64,000 nucleotides of DNA from Escherichia phage C6: the sequence record MW679410.1. One strand, given 5' to 3'. Positions 19,266 to 27,327 of this stretch are shown in pieces (the first letter of the stretch is position 1; each line of letters begins with the position of its first letter). The notes beneath the pieces are model-generated. The model saw nothing but the letters and a program-made list of their open reading frames with translations. It was not told the origin of the DNA and made no database searches. Both the position numbers and the translations under genes were made by a program.

Positions 19266-21350
19266 TTACCCTTGGATGAATTTTTCTGGGATGTCATAGA
19301 GGTCTATGCATGAAGCCAAAAGAGGCAGTACATCAAACCGTGTAGATTTAACAAATGAATCAAAAGATACAGGGCTTTCGGAAGTATCGAAGTCATCTTG
19401 ATATACGACCAACTCGCCGGTTTCCATTAGTACGTCACCATCATATACCACAGATTCTTGAAGCTCATCTGTTGTCATAACTTCAGCTTGGATGAGTTTT
19501 GTATTACTAGATGTTGTTCCATCATTATTAGAAGCATCTGTTATTTTATTAACTTTGACCATTAATCCACGCGGTAGAATAACTTCGGCTTCAGTTGCTA
19601 TTCCGAGATTTCCTGGATATACTACATTAACTTTATGAGCCCCATCAATAGCCCATCCTATTTGAACTTTAACGTAATCAGGATTTTCCTTATACGCCCT
19701 TATTTCATTAGGGTTAATAGTTATTCCTTCTTCATTTTTATCGACTGTCAATTCATTACGAACTTCCGGTTCTAAAAGACCGATACCAGCGTGTGTAACA
19801 CCAAATCGTCCAAAAATGATAGGGGTTAAAGAAGTAGATACAAAATTTCTGAAATAGAACACTTTATTTTTAACTAGTGCTTCGTATATAGGAGCAGTCA
19901 TACTCTGTGCACGATAAACTGTAATGCCTTCTGGTATACGGTCACCATTTTCAAAAGCAGAATCCAAATTATTAACTGCAGATTCGATATCTTTTTCGCT
20001 CATAACCTCATAGTTCTGAGGATTATAACGTCCTAAAAGAAGATTATTTATGTCTGTATATCCTGAACCACAATATTCTCTGATGCCGCGCTTTTGTGAT
20101 GGGGTATATTTAGAGCCCTCACGAGCAATAGTAATATCGACCATAATACCACCACCCACACCAGCAAAACTATATACACGTTTTTTAATGAACTTGGTCT
20201 TGGCGGCTTTCCACTTCGCATCGGTCAATTCATTCCAGAGGTCGTCAGGTTGGCCTTTACGAGTTTTGTTATGCCGGGCCAGCCATTCACCTTTGTATTC
20301 TTCGAAAACGGTATTAATAGCAGAGGCATATTTTTCTAGAGCTTTAACAGATGTCAAAGGTTCGTTTTTGATGGCCGTAAGAATTTTATCTTTAATTTTC
20401 TCTTGGATTTCACCTATACCGTGAAGAGGAAACATTTTATAATCGTAATGCAATTCTTCAGCAGTGCCTTCAGCCACTATATTAGCAACCTTATTTTTAG
20501 CCGCAGGAGAATTGTTATTAGTAACCATTTCCTGAGCCTCAGGGATTAATGGAACTGTTGCTGGTTTATTAAAATCCGCTGCAGTAGCTTCATATTTCTT
20601 AAACAATTCACTTTCATTACGATAAGATTCCAATGATTGGCTTGCTGCAATAGCACGTCGCGAAATCTTAGTCTTGGTTATAACCATTTTATCAGTGCGA
20701 CGTTCTTCAACCTTAGCAATACTGCCGGCAATAGCAGTTTCTTTAGTAACCTGCACACCTTCTTTTTTGGAAATATAAACTTCACCGACATCAGAATCTA
20801 CCTTAGTGTATAATTCGGAATTAATTCCTGGCATACCTTTGATATCTTCGATATCAGCTTGTTTACGAACTACTAAGATGTAAGTATGTTTACCGGTAAA
20901 TTGGTACATAGCCGGAACTACTTTAAAACGTCCACCAGTTTTCTGTGCTACCAAACGTTGGATAATCCGTTGGACAATAGGTCCTTGTCCTTTCATTTTC
21001 TTGGTAGGAAAACGGAACATCACGGCATCCATACGAAGCTTTTTAACTTGGTCATAAACCACATCAAAAATAGTATTAATCGCATCTACGGGAGTAGGGC
21101 CAAGGCCACCCTTAAGTTCGGCCGGAGTACCTTTAGCTGAAAGGCTCATAAGGATAACGTGGGCATATTTATCACCCATTTTAACTTGTTTAATAGCATC
21201 ACCTTCAGAAGCGTAGGATACCATACGCGCGACCAATTGGGATTCAACGTCTCCAATTTTCCAAATCTGGGGTACTTTAAGTTTAGGGTTCAAGTTTACT
21301 GTAGGCAGAGTGCCTTCGGACTCAAACACTTCATTTAATTGTTCGGTCAT
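19266..21350 (-). CDS. alt: Alt ADP-ribosyltransferase (closest to T4 Alt)
   Basis: 694 aa; collinear similarity to T4 Alt over full length, including KYTPSQKRGIREYCGSGYTDINN, FVSTSL and EAEVILPRGLMVKVNKITDAS. Confidence 0.9.
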   Translation of the reverse strand: MTEQLNEVFESEGTLPTVNLNPKLKVPQIWKIGDVESQLVARMVSYASEGDAIKQVKMGDKYAHVILMSLSAKGTPAELKGGLGPTPVDAINTIFDVVYDQVKKLRMDAVMFRFPTKKMKGQGPIVQRIIQRLVAQKTGGRFKVVPAMYQFTGKHTYILVVRKQADIEDIKGMPGINSELYTKVDSDVGEVYISKKEGVQVTKETAIAGSIAKVEERRTDKMVITKTKISRRAIAASQSLESYRNESELFKKYEATAADFNKPATVPLIPEAQEMVTNNNSPAAKNKVANIVAEGTAEELHYDYKMFPLHGIGEIQEKIKDKILTAIKNEPLTSVKALEKYASAINTVFEEYKGEWLARHNKTRKGQPDDLWNELTDAKWKAAKTKFIKKRVYSFAGVGGGIMVDITIAREGSKYTPSQKRGIREYCGSGYTDINNLLLGRYNPQNYEVMSEKDIESAVNNLDSAFENGDRIPEGITVYRAQSMTAPIYEALVKNKVFYFRNFVSTSLTPIIFGRFGVTHAGIGLLEPEVRNELTVDKNEEGITINPNEIRAYKENPDYVKVQIGWAIDGAHKVNVVYPGNLGIATEAEVILPRGLMVKVNKITDASNNDGTTSSNTKLIQAEVMTTDELQESVVYDGDVLMETGELVVYQDDFDTSESPVSFDSFVKSTRFDVLPLLASCIDLYDIPEKFIQG

Positions 21351-21388
21351 AATAATTCCTCTTTAATAACCTTATTTATGCCAGAAAA

Positions 21389-21400
21389 GGCCCGAAGGCC
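21389..21400 (-). terminator. hairpin ggccCGAAggcc (UUCG loop on minus transcript) upstream of alt
   Basis: Palindromic stem followed by T-run on the minus strand. Confidence 0.4.
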
Positions 21401-21583
21401 TTAAAGTGGTAGCAACGTACGGTATACTTCAAATTTAGGACCCTTTTCATAGCGGTCGAAATTATCTTTAAAATCGGCGAACGCGATTTCATTTTCAAAT
21501 TCAAGGACAATTTGGGACACCGCAGTGGAGACATCGCCACCTTCTTTATATCCAATAACCACGGTTTCTAAATAAACTTTCAT
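21401..21583 (-). CDS. hypothetical small protein
   Basis: Track ORF 21401..21625 overlaps the ligase 3' end; internal ATG (MKVYLETVV...) just past the ligase stop gives 60 aa. Confidence 0.4.
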   Translation of the reverse strand: MKVYLETVVIGYKEGGDVSTAVSQIVLEFENEIAFADFKDNFDRYEKGPKFEVYRTLLPL

Positions 21584-21584
21584 A

Positions 21585-23108
21585 TTATAACCCAGTTTGA
21601 GACCAATCACCGAATACATCTTCAAATGTATCAGCTTCTGTTTTATCGAAACGCCAACCTTTAATAATTGGAAGGAAAATACCTACGGTATCAGTACGTC
21701 CTTTAGAATGAACCCAACCATTACATTCACAGTCGGCAATACGGCCAATCAATTTACCTTCACGAGCTTGTTTCATAAGAAGTTCACGGTCTAAATCAGG
21801 ACGGTCTTCCAATGGAATCAATACCTTTTTACCTGATTTATCTTTCTTATGGGTAGTATCTTTAAAGCCTGAACCACAGTCACTTGTAATTCGACGACAA
21901 CGTGATACCAACTCGACACCACCTAGTTTGTTAGGGTCCTTCGAGTGTTCATAATAACCTACCACTTCTAAAGCAATATCAATTACTTCTTTGAACTTGA
22001 TAAGATTCTTAGAACGGCGGTTTTCCCAGTAGGAGTCCATGTTCTTAAGGATAATACCTTCCAGGCCCTGGTCGACATATTTCTTATAAACGACTTTAGC
22101 TTCTTCAAGATTATTAACCCACTGGTTTTCGATAGCTTCAACACGCGTTGTACCATGCAATACGACATTATGAGCAACCATAAGTTCTAAGGCTGTAAAG
22201 CGTACATCATACTTATCGCCTTTAATTTTACCTTCGGAATATACGACATCCAATGGGACATAATCCCACGCCTGTAATACCATACCAGCGGCTTCGGTCG
22301 GAGTAATAGTTCCTTGAAGAGCCTTGTTAGCCAAGCCGTTTGACGTGGAACGATCGGCGACAGTTTGGAATTCCTTAGCCTTACTTAATTCAGGAAGTTC
22401 CTCATCAAACATACTAAACAAATCATTAGATGCTTTAGGTTCTACCTTAGGAGTATGGTAAACTAATTCGCCGTCAATCATAACACCATTAGGATGGCGT
22501 TGTCGAGCTTCTTCGGTCATGGTCATTAATTCAGCAGCCAAAAGATTAAGCCCTTGATATTCGTTACCACCACGAGTAAGGAATGTCACACCATCGTTAC
22601 GAACTTCAGCAAAACAACGAGCGCCATCAGCTTTTAATTGGGCAAACGCAGGCCATTTAATATTTTTCTTAATCAAAGCTTCATCATAAGAACTAGCCAA
22701 CATCTGCGGTTGTTCAGGGATTAAACCTTTCCAAACCTTGTTAGCAATAGAAATTGATGCACCACATTCAAGGTCACGCATCATTACACGACGTAATACC
22801 TCGGCATCTTGTCCCTTAGCATCAGCAATGATTTGAGCCAGTTCTTCAATAGCTGCATTACCCGTAATCTTACGTGTGGCTAATGTGAATTCAGCGAAAT
22901 CAAGAAGGTCTTCAAGAGTAATCATACCAAAGGATTGAGACGTAAATCCAGGTTCCGGCCACTTTTTAATGCCATAGTTCAAACGACGAGTATAAGCCAT
23001 ACGATAAACACGTTTCAGAAGCTCATTGTCCTTTTCACGAGCAATAATAGCTTCTTTAGCTTTAGTAGAATCAATAGCAGCAATTTCGTTTAAAATATCT
23101 AAAATCAT
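21585..23108 (-). CDS. 30: ATP-dependent DNA ligase
   Basis: 507 aa; MILDILNEIAAIDSTKAKEA..., adenylation motif region FAQLKADGARCFAEVR (active-site Lys), strong match to T4 ligase. Confidence 0.95.
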   Translation of the reverse strand: MILDILNEIAAIDSTKAKEAIIAREKDNELLKRVYRMAYTRRLNYGIKKWPEPGFTSQSFGMITLEDLLDFAEFTLATRKITGNAAIEELAQIIADAKGQDAEVLRRVMMRDLECGASISIANKVWKGLIPEQPQMLASSYDEALIKKNIKWPAFAQLKADGARCFAEVRNDGVTFLTRGGNEYQGLNLLAAELMTMTEEARQRHPNGVMIDGELVYHTPKVEPKASNDLFSMFDEELPELSKAKEFQTVADRSTSNGLANKALQGTITPTEAAGMVLQAWDYVPLDVVYSEGKIKGDKYDVRFTALELMVAHNVVLHGTTRVEAIENQWVNNLEEAKVVYKKYVDQGLEGIILKNMDSYWENRRSKNLIKFKEVIDIALEVVGYYEHSKDPNKLGGVELVSRCRRITSDCGSGFKDTTHKKDKSGKKVLIPLEDRPDLDRELLMKQAREGKLIGRIADCECNGWVHSKGRTDTVGIFLPIIKGWRFDKTEADTFEDVFGDWSQTGL

Positions 23109-23401
23109 TTTACCGTCCTTACAGTTTGGGTACTTCTATTATAAGCCACTTCATCTAAAAGCTCATTTAAAGTTTTGTGATACGATATAATACGCTTATC
23201 TTTAATATCATATTCAGTAACATACATAAATCCACGCCGAACACATTGGATAAAGATATCTTCATCTTTGGCTTGGAAATATACAGGGTTCAATCGAAGG
23301 AATTGTCTAACGTTTCCATAATCATGGGATTTAGGGGTCCCATCAGTAATAGTATGAACTACAAACATATTAACCTCGAGCAATCCATTCAACTGCGGCA
23401 T
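23105..23401 (-). CDS. hypothetical protein (30.1 position)
   Basis: 98-aa track ORF, translationally coupled to gene 30. Confidence 0.5.
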   Translation of the reverse strand: MPQLNGLLEVNMFVVHTITDGTPKSHDYGNVRQFLRLNPVYFQAKDEDIFIQCVRRGFMYVTEYDIKDKRIISYHKTLNELLDEVAYNRSTQTVRTVK

Positions 23402-24008
23402 TATTACGAAGGGATTCGATTGCTGCGATATCGTCCCATGAATTAACCTTTACGGCCAAATTAGGTTTAAAGTCGCGTTCACCACGAGCTAACCAATAAA
23501 CTTGGATATCCATGAGAACATTAGATGCTGCATCGCAATGATGAGCCAAATCATCAACATAAAACTTAATACGTTTACCGTACGTATTTTTAGCTCTTAT
23601 GAAGAGGTCTTCTTTTGATTCTGAATGACCGCACATCAGAATCTCCTTGAATGCGCCAGGGAACAAAGCATTCAAATTGAATTGTCTATTCAGCAGGGCA
23701 TCAATTGAGTCGCCTAGCGCAGTCACGGCTACAAAATCGAAGTCTTTTTTGAGCTTGTTGATATGTTTTAGTGCGTCCATGTAAGGAGACAGATAACGAA
23801 TAAAATCTGACTGATTATATTTCTCGATTAAACGAGCGCCCAATTCATTATCACAATTAAACAGCTCGCCTGGAGATAAGAACCGTTCGTCCTGAATCAT
23901 ATTCAAAATATGTTCTAAAGGCAAATTATATTTCTGTGCGAAATAAGGCAAGCCGGACTGCCAACTTAAACATACTCCATCGATATCTGTTAAGATAACT
24001 GGTTTCAT
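23370..24008 (-). CDS. HAD-superfamily hydrolase-like protein (30.2 position)
   Basis: 212 aa; N-terminal VILTDIDGV resembles HAD motif I (DxDG). Confidence 0.6.
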   Translation of the reverse strand: MKPVILTDIDGVCLSWQSGLPYFAQKYNLPLEHILNMIQDERFLSPGELFNCDNELGARLIEKYNQSDFIRYLSPYMDALKHINKLKKDFDFVAVTALGDSIDALLNRQFNLNALFPGAFKEILMCGHSESKEDLFIRAKNTYGKRIKFYVDDLAHHCDAASNVLMDIQVYWLARGERDFKPNLAVKVNSWDDIAAIESLRNNAAVEWIARG

Positions 24009-24463
24009 AATAAATCTCTCAATTTGTTTAGGATGTCGATAAACTCTTTTTCAGTTAGTATTGTATCACATTCTGTAAGGTGGCTTGCCATCGAATGCTT
24101 TAAAACTTTACCTTTTGTGGATTGTAACGCATCGCGGAATCCTTTGTTCTGGAGCGCTGCTTCAAAATACGCACTTTCGTAAAGCTCTTTCCACGCTTCG
24201 GAATATCTTGAAAACGGAGTTCCAAGCCAGAACAACGTGCCACGGTCCTGAGCTCTAGCATAAGCTCGACCAGCTTTTTGCGCGTCTAACCCGGACATCC
24301 CAAATATACGTCTTTGCTGTTCAACATTTTTCACCTTACATCCTTGGAGGAATCCTTCGAGTCCACCAAATTGGATACCATCCATAACGAAAGGCCATTT
24401 AGCAAAGTTACTTAATGCACATGATGGCCATGGGAAGTTGCTTCTAATTTCTAATTCAGACAT
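24005..24463 (-). CDS. NADAR/YbiA-like (DUF1768-type) protein
   Basis: Track ORF 24005..24472; segment LSNFAKWPFVMDGIQF... resembles the E. coli YbiA N-terminal FSNFAAWP...DG motif; probable ATG at 24463 overlapping upstream stop. Confidence 0.5.
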   Translation of the reverse strand: MSELEIRSNFPWPSCALSNFAKWPFVMDGIQFGGLEGFLQGCKVKNVEQQRRIFGMSGLDAQKAGRAYARAQDRGTLFWLGTPFSRYSEAWKELYESAYFEAALQNKGFRDALQSTKGKVLKHSMASHLTECDTILTEKEFIDILNKLRDLL

Positions 24464-24668
24464 CTTTGACACTTATAATTTCAACATCAGCCCAATGACC
24501 ATAACCAGGTAGACGGTCTTTAATAGATAATCCACCGTCAAATTTCAGCATTTTAATTGTTTTAGTATATGGTTCAATATTTCGGGCCCATGGACTCACG
24601 TCTGTCACACGATAAGTAACTTCGACCATTTCTGTGCCCAAAATTTTCTGAATCAGTTTCTTAAACAT
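24456..24668 (-). CDS. hypothetical protein
   Basis: 70-aa track ORF in tightly packed operon. Confidence 0.45.
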   Translation of the reverse strand: MFKKLIQKILGTEMVEVTYRVTDVSPWARNIEPYTKTIKMLKFDGGLSIKDRLPGYGHWADVEIISVKDV

Positions 24669-24669
24669 A

Positions 24670-24864
24670 TTATCCTCGCTTTAAACATTTAATTACAGAC
24701 AGTTCACCACCCATGCGAACATCTTCAGTTCCATCGACCCATAGGACGGTGTAGGCTTCTTTAATAGTAACATTACCTAATTTAAAAGCAGGTAGAACCT
24801 TTGAAATCATTCCAGGAATACCTATACCCTTTAATTGGACCGTTTGCGATAAGAATAGTTGCAT
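24670..24864 (-). CDS. hypothetical protein
   Basis: 64-aa track ORF. Confidence 0.4.
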   Translation of the reverse strand: MQLFLSQTVQLKGIGIPGMISKVLPAFKLGNVTIKEAYTVLWVDGTEDVRMGGELSVIKCLKRG

Positions 24865-25151
24865 TAGAACCTCATCTGAAAGCCGTGTGATTTAACATTA
24901 CCACCATAGATGTCAGACGTATTGACTTCACGTGCAACACTCGGGTCGATATTGATATCACGGTTGAGCTTAGTGATTGCTAGGGTATCACGACCATTAA
25001 CAGTACGGAATTCTACCGGGCATACAACATCAGCGTAAGCCTTAATAGATTCACGAGTAGGTTGTTTGTCGGCAGGAACATCTTTACTTGCTTTAGAGAA
25101 AACAACTTCACAGAAATTTTTACGAGTGTCGAAATAAGTGGTCATAAACAT
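24864..25151 (-). CDS. hypothetical protein
   Basis: Track ORF 24864..25184; likely start at MFMTTYF... after GAGGAAA SD just past a UUCG hairpin. Confidence 0.45.
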   Translation of the reverse strand: MFMTTYFDTRKNFCEVVFSKASKDVPADKQPTRESIKAYADVVCPVEFRTVNGRDTLAITKLNRDINIDPSVAREVNTSDIYGGNVKSHGFQMRF

Positions 25152-25166
25152 AATATTTTCCTCAAA

Positions 25167-25182
25167 GGAGGCCGAAGCCTCC
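25167..25182 (-). terminator. intercistronic UUCG hairpin ggaggcCGAAgcctcc
   Basis: Perfect 6-bp stem; identical copy at 62962..62977; sits just 5' of the next gene's SD. Confidence 0.5.
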
Positions 25183-25192
25183 ATTTTTAAGA

Positions 25193-25558
25193 TTAGATAT
25201 CGAATTCGTTCAGAACTACATCAAAGATTGCTTCCAGGTGTTCAGGTTTAGCTCTGTTGCTCAGGATGTGTCGAATCCAAGTTTTAACCAGAAGCTTACG
25301 ATTAACACCGTTCCAGCAAGGATGGGTACCTAAATCACGTTGACGGAAATCATCATCTAAAGCGATTTTAAAAGTAGAACCTTCCATTGTGATTGAAACC
25401 GTAATACCATTTTCAAAGCGCATATAAACGTAGTTAGGAGTCATGCACTGCTCGATTTCGCACACCGTGCCGTTGTTGTGTTTCCACAGGCAAATAACTT
25501 CAGAAGAACCAGCGATACCGTTAGAAACATATTTACGTTCGAAGTTGATGTAGTTCAT
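25193..25558 (-). CDS. hypothetical protein
   Basis: 121-aa track ORF; 5'UTR belongs to a duplicated promoter/leader cassette. Confidence 0.5.
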   Translation of the reverse strand: MNYINFERKYVSNGIAGSSEVICLWKHNNGTVCEIEQCMTPNYVYMRFENGITVSITMEGSTFKIALDDDFRQRDLGTHPCWNGVNRKLLVKTWIRHILSNRAKPEHLEAIFDVVLNEFDI

Positions 25559-25593
25559 TTTATTCTCCAGTTTGTTTTCGTATTATTTGGTAC

Positions 25594-25630
25594 AGGTCTA
25601 TAATAACACAACCTGTACCAAAGTAAACTG
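25594..25630 (-). promoter_or_regulatory. early-type promoter (GTTTAC-N18-TATTAT)
   Basis: Motif family member upstream of ORF 25193..25558. Confidence 0.5.
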
Positions 25631-25632
25631 TT

Positions 25633-26001
25633 TTATGCAACTTTAATCCAATTATCTAAATTTAATTCACCTTTGGCTTTCATTTTTTCAATCAAATCGT
25701 CAGCAGTAGTGCGACCATTTTGATACCATGTAACATCTTCAGAATAACCAGTTTCTTCATCTTCATAGGTCTTACAACGAATCTTACCGATTATGATGGT
25801 TTTCAGTTCGTAGGTATCACCGGTAAAAAAGTTTGTTACCATAATTTTCCAAGAGAAGTCATCAGAAGGACCTTCCGGAGTCATGCAACCTACAAATTCA
25901 AATTGTTCTTTGTACAAGCGCCATTGCATTTCTTTAGTTTCGATTGCTTTGTAACCGTCGTGGTCTTTACATTTGATATATGAGTTAAGATTGATTTTCA
26001 T
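25633..26001 (-). CDS. hypothetical protein
   Basis: 122-aa track ORF; same 5'UTR cassette as the ORF at 25193..25558. Confidence 0.5.
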   Translation of the reverse strand: MKINLNSYIKCKDHDGYKAIETKEMQWRLYKEQFEFVGCMTPEGPSDDFSWKIMVTNFFTGDTYELKTIIIGKIRCKTYEDEETGYSEDVTWYQNGRTTADDLIEKMKAKGELNLDNWIKVA

Positions 26002-26039
26002 TTTATTCTCCAGTTTGTTTTCGTATTATTTGGTACATG

Positions 26040-26072
26040 TCTATAGTATCATGCCTACTAGAGATGTACATA
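26040..26072 (-). promoter_or_regulatory. early-type promoter variant (ATGTAC -35, TACTAT -10)
   Basis: Second copy of the duplicated cassette, with a degenerate -35. Confidence 0.4.
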
Positions 26073-26097
26073 CTTTTTTGCAAATAAAACGAAAAAA

Positions 26098-26113
26098 GGA
26101 ACCCGAAGGTTCC
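26098..26113 (-). terminator. hairpin ggaaccCGAAggttcc with flanking T-run
   Basis: Perfect stem, UUCG loop on minus transcript, followed by TTTTTT; same element recurs at 58214..58229. Confidence 0.55.
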
Positions 26114-26470
26114 TTACTTAATGATGATACGAGGATTAAGCTCTGCCGTGTAGTAATTTACAGCCTTAGTAACTATAGCTTCACCTTTAGGATTTGCCAG
26201 AACCCATTCACGGGCTCGTTTGTGAGCTTCTAATTCAGTCAATAATCCGGACCTTTGACACCCTCTGTCTTGGGTACCTGCTTCTGTTAAAAAAGCAACT
26301 AGGTAGATCGCGTTTTCATAAGGCGTGGCGGGCGGTACGTATACAGGCGGGCTTGGCGGGTTATATGCCGCGGGATGATGTGCCGGAATTCCATCATACG
26401 GCCCTGTACCTGGCACCGCGTAAGAGGCGCCGCGAGGAGAAGTAAATGTATGATTATATCTATCGTTCAT
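26114..26470 (-). CDS. hypothetical proline-rich protein
   Basis: 118 aa; N-terminal proline-rich tract (GIPAHHPAAYNPPSPPVYVPPATPY) then a globular C-terminal part. Confidence 0.5.
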   Translation of the reverse strand: MNDRYNHTFTSPRGASYAVPGTGPYDGIPAHHPAAYNPPSPPVYVPPATPYENAIYLVAFLTEAGTQDRGCQRSGLLTELEAHKRAREWVLANPKGEAIVTKAVNYYTAELNPRIIIK

Positions 26471-26488
26471 AATATTTCCTACAAAAAT

Positions 26489-26506
26489 GGGACTCCGAAG
26501 AGTCCC
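26489..26506 (-). terminator. hairpin gggactCCGAAGagtccc
   Basis: Perfect stem followed by T-run on minus strand. Confidence 0.5.
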
Positions 26507-26511
26507 ATAAC

Positions 26512-26673
26512 TTATGCCTGAGGCTTACCAAAGCAAGCAGCATCTGCACGCAATACCGCACGAGCACGAGCTTGAAGCTTATCAACTACCTGATCGATAC
26601 GCTTGTTGGACGCACGCTTGTAACCAGCGCGTTTAGAGGTACCGTCAACTACTTTAACTTCTTTCTTAGCCAT
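26512..26673 (-). CDS. hypothetical 53-aa basic protein
   Basis: Hand-called MAKKEVKVVDGTSKRAGYKRASNKRIDQVVDKLQARARAVLRADAACFGKPQA; not in track (<60 aa). Confidence 0.45.
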   Translation of the reverse strand: MAKKEVKVVDGTSKRAGYKRASNKRIDQVVDKLQARARAVLRADAACFGKPQA

Positions 26674-26828
26674 TTTAAATCTCTTAAATTAGAATGCAGG
26701 ACTTATTGGCGTTGCCTGCGCAAGCCCTCAAGGGGAACATAGGTTTCGGATATTTAACGACAGGATAACCATAAACCTCGTCATCATACCAACCACGGCT
26801 TAGACAGATAACCTTTTTCTGACGCGTG

Positions 26829-26857
26829 ATAGTACAAAATACATTCAAGAGGTACAC
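26829..26857 (-). promoter_or_regulatory. early-type promoter (GTGTAC-N17-TACTAT) inside a 260-nt ORF-free region
   Basis: Correct spacing; would give about a 145-nt leader ahead of ORF 26512..26673. Confidence 0.4.
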
Positions 26858-26940
26858 CGTAAAATTGTCGGGGCGGTACTTCTAAAACATACCGATTCGT
26901 AAATCGATAATCAGACAATTCGACGGCTCCTCGATTTAAC

Positions 26941-27189
26941 TTACTTCAGGGTAATAATAAAATGACGTACTGCTTTACGAGCTGCTGAAGCCAAAGGCTT
27001 AGCAAATTTCAGTTCATCTTTAGCTTCCAGTTCAGCAGCCAGAGTAGCCTGAGCCGGATTCAGATGTTTGAAATAACGCAGGATTTCCAGTGCTTCGGCT
27101 TCAACATCAATAGATGCGCCGTAGTTTTCGTGACCGTTGTTCCAAGCGTTGCGTTGCAGTTCAAGAGCGTGATTCAGTTGTTTGTTCAT
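26941..27189 (-). CDS. rIII: rIII lysis-inhibition accessory protein
   Basis: 82 aa; MNKQLNHALELQRNAWNN...AKPLASAARKAVRHFIITLK matches T4 rIII. Confidence 0.9.
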   Translation of the reverse strand: MNKQLNHALELQRNAWNNGHENYGASIDVEAEALEILRYFKHLNPAQATLAAELEAKDELKFAKPLASAARKAVRHFIITLK

Positions 27190-27327
27190 TTTAGTTTCTC
27201 AATTCGAGATAAAGATTGGCGAGCACGTTCGTCTCAGTATTTCCAGCTGAGTTGTATCTCGCCGTATGGAAGAGGCTAACCCCATACACCAACCGAAGTT
27301 CTGTATGACATCAACCTCTTCGTAATT

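Noticed and set aside
26674-26940. Possible tRNA gene or group I intron in the ORF-free region
   Set aside because: No cloverleaf-compatible arms or GTTCGAATC-like T-loop motif and no intron core-like pairings were recognisable; left as a candidate leader or ncRNA only.
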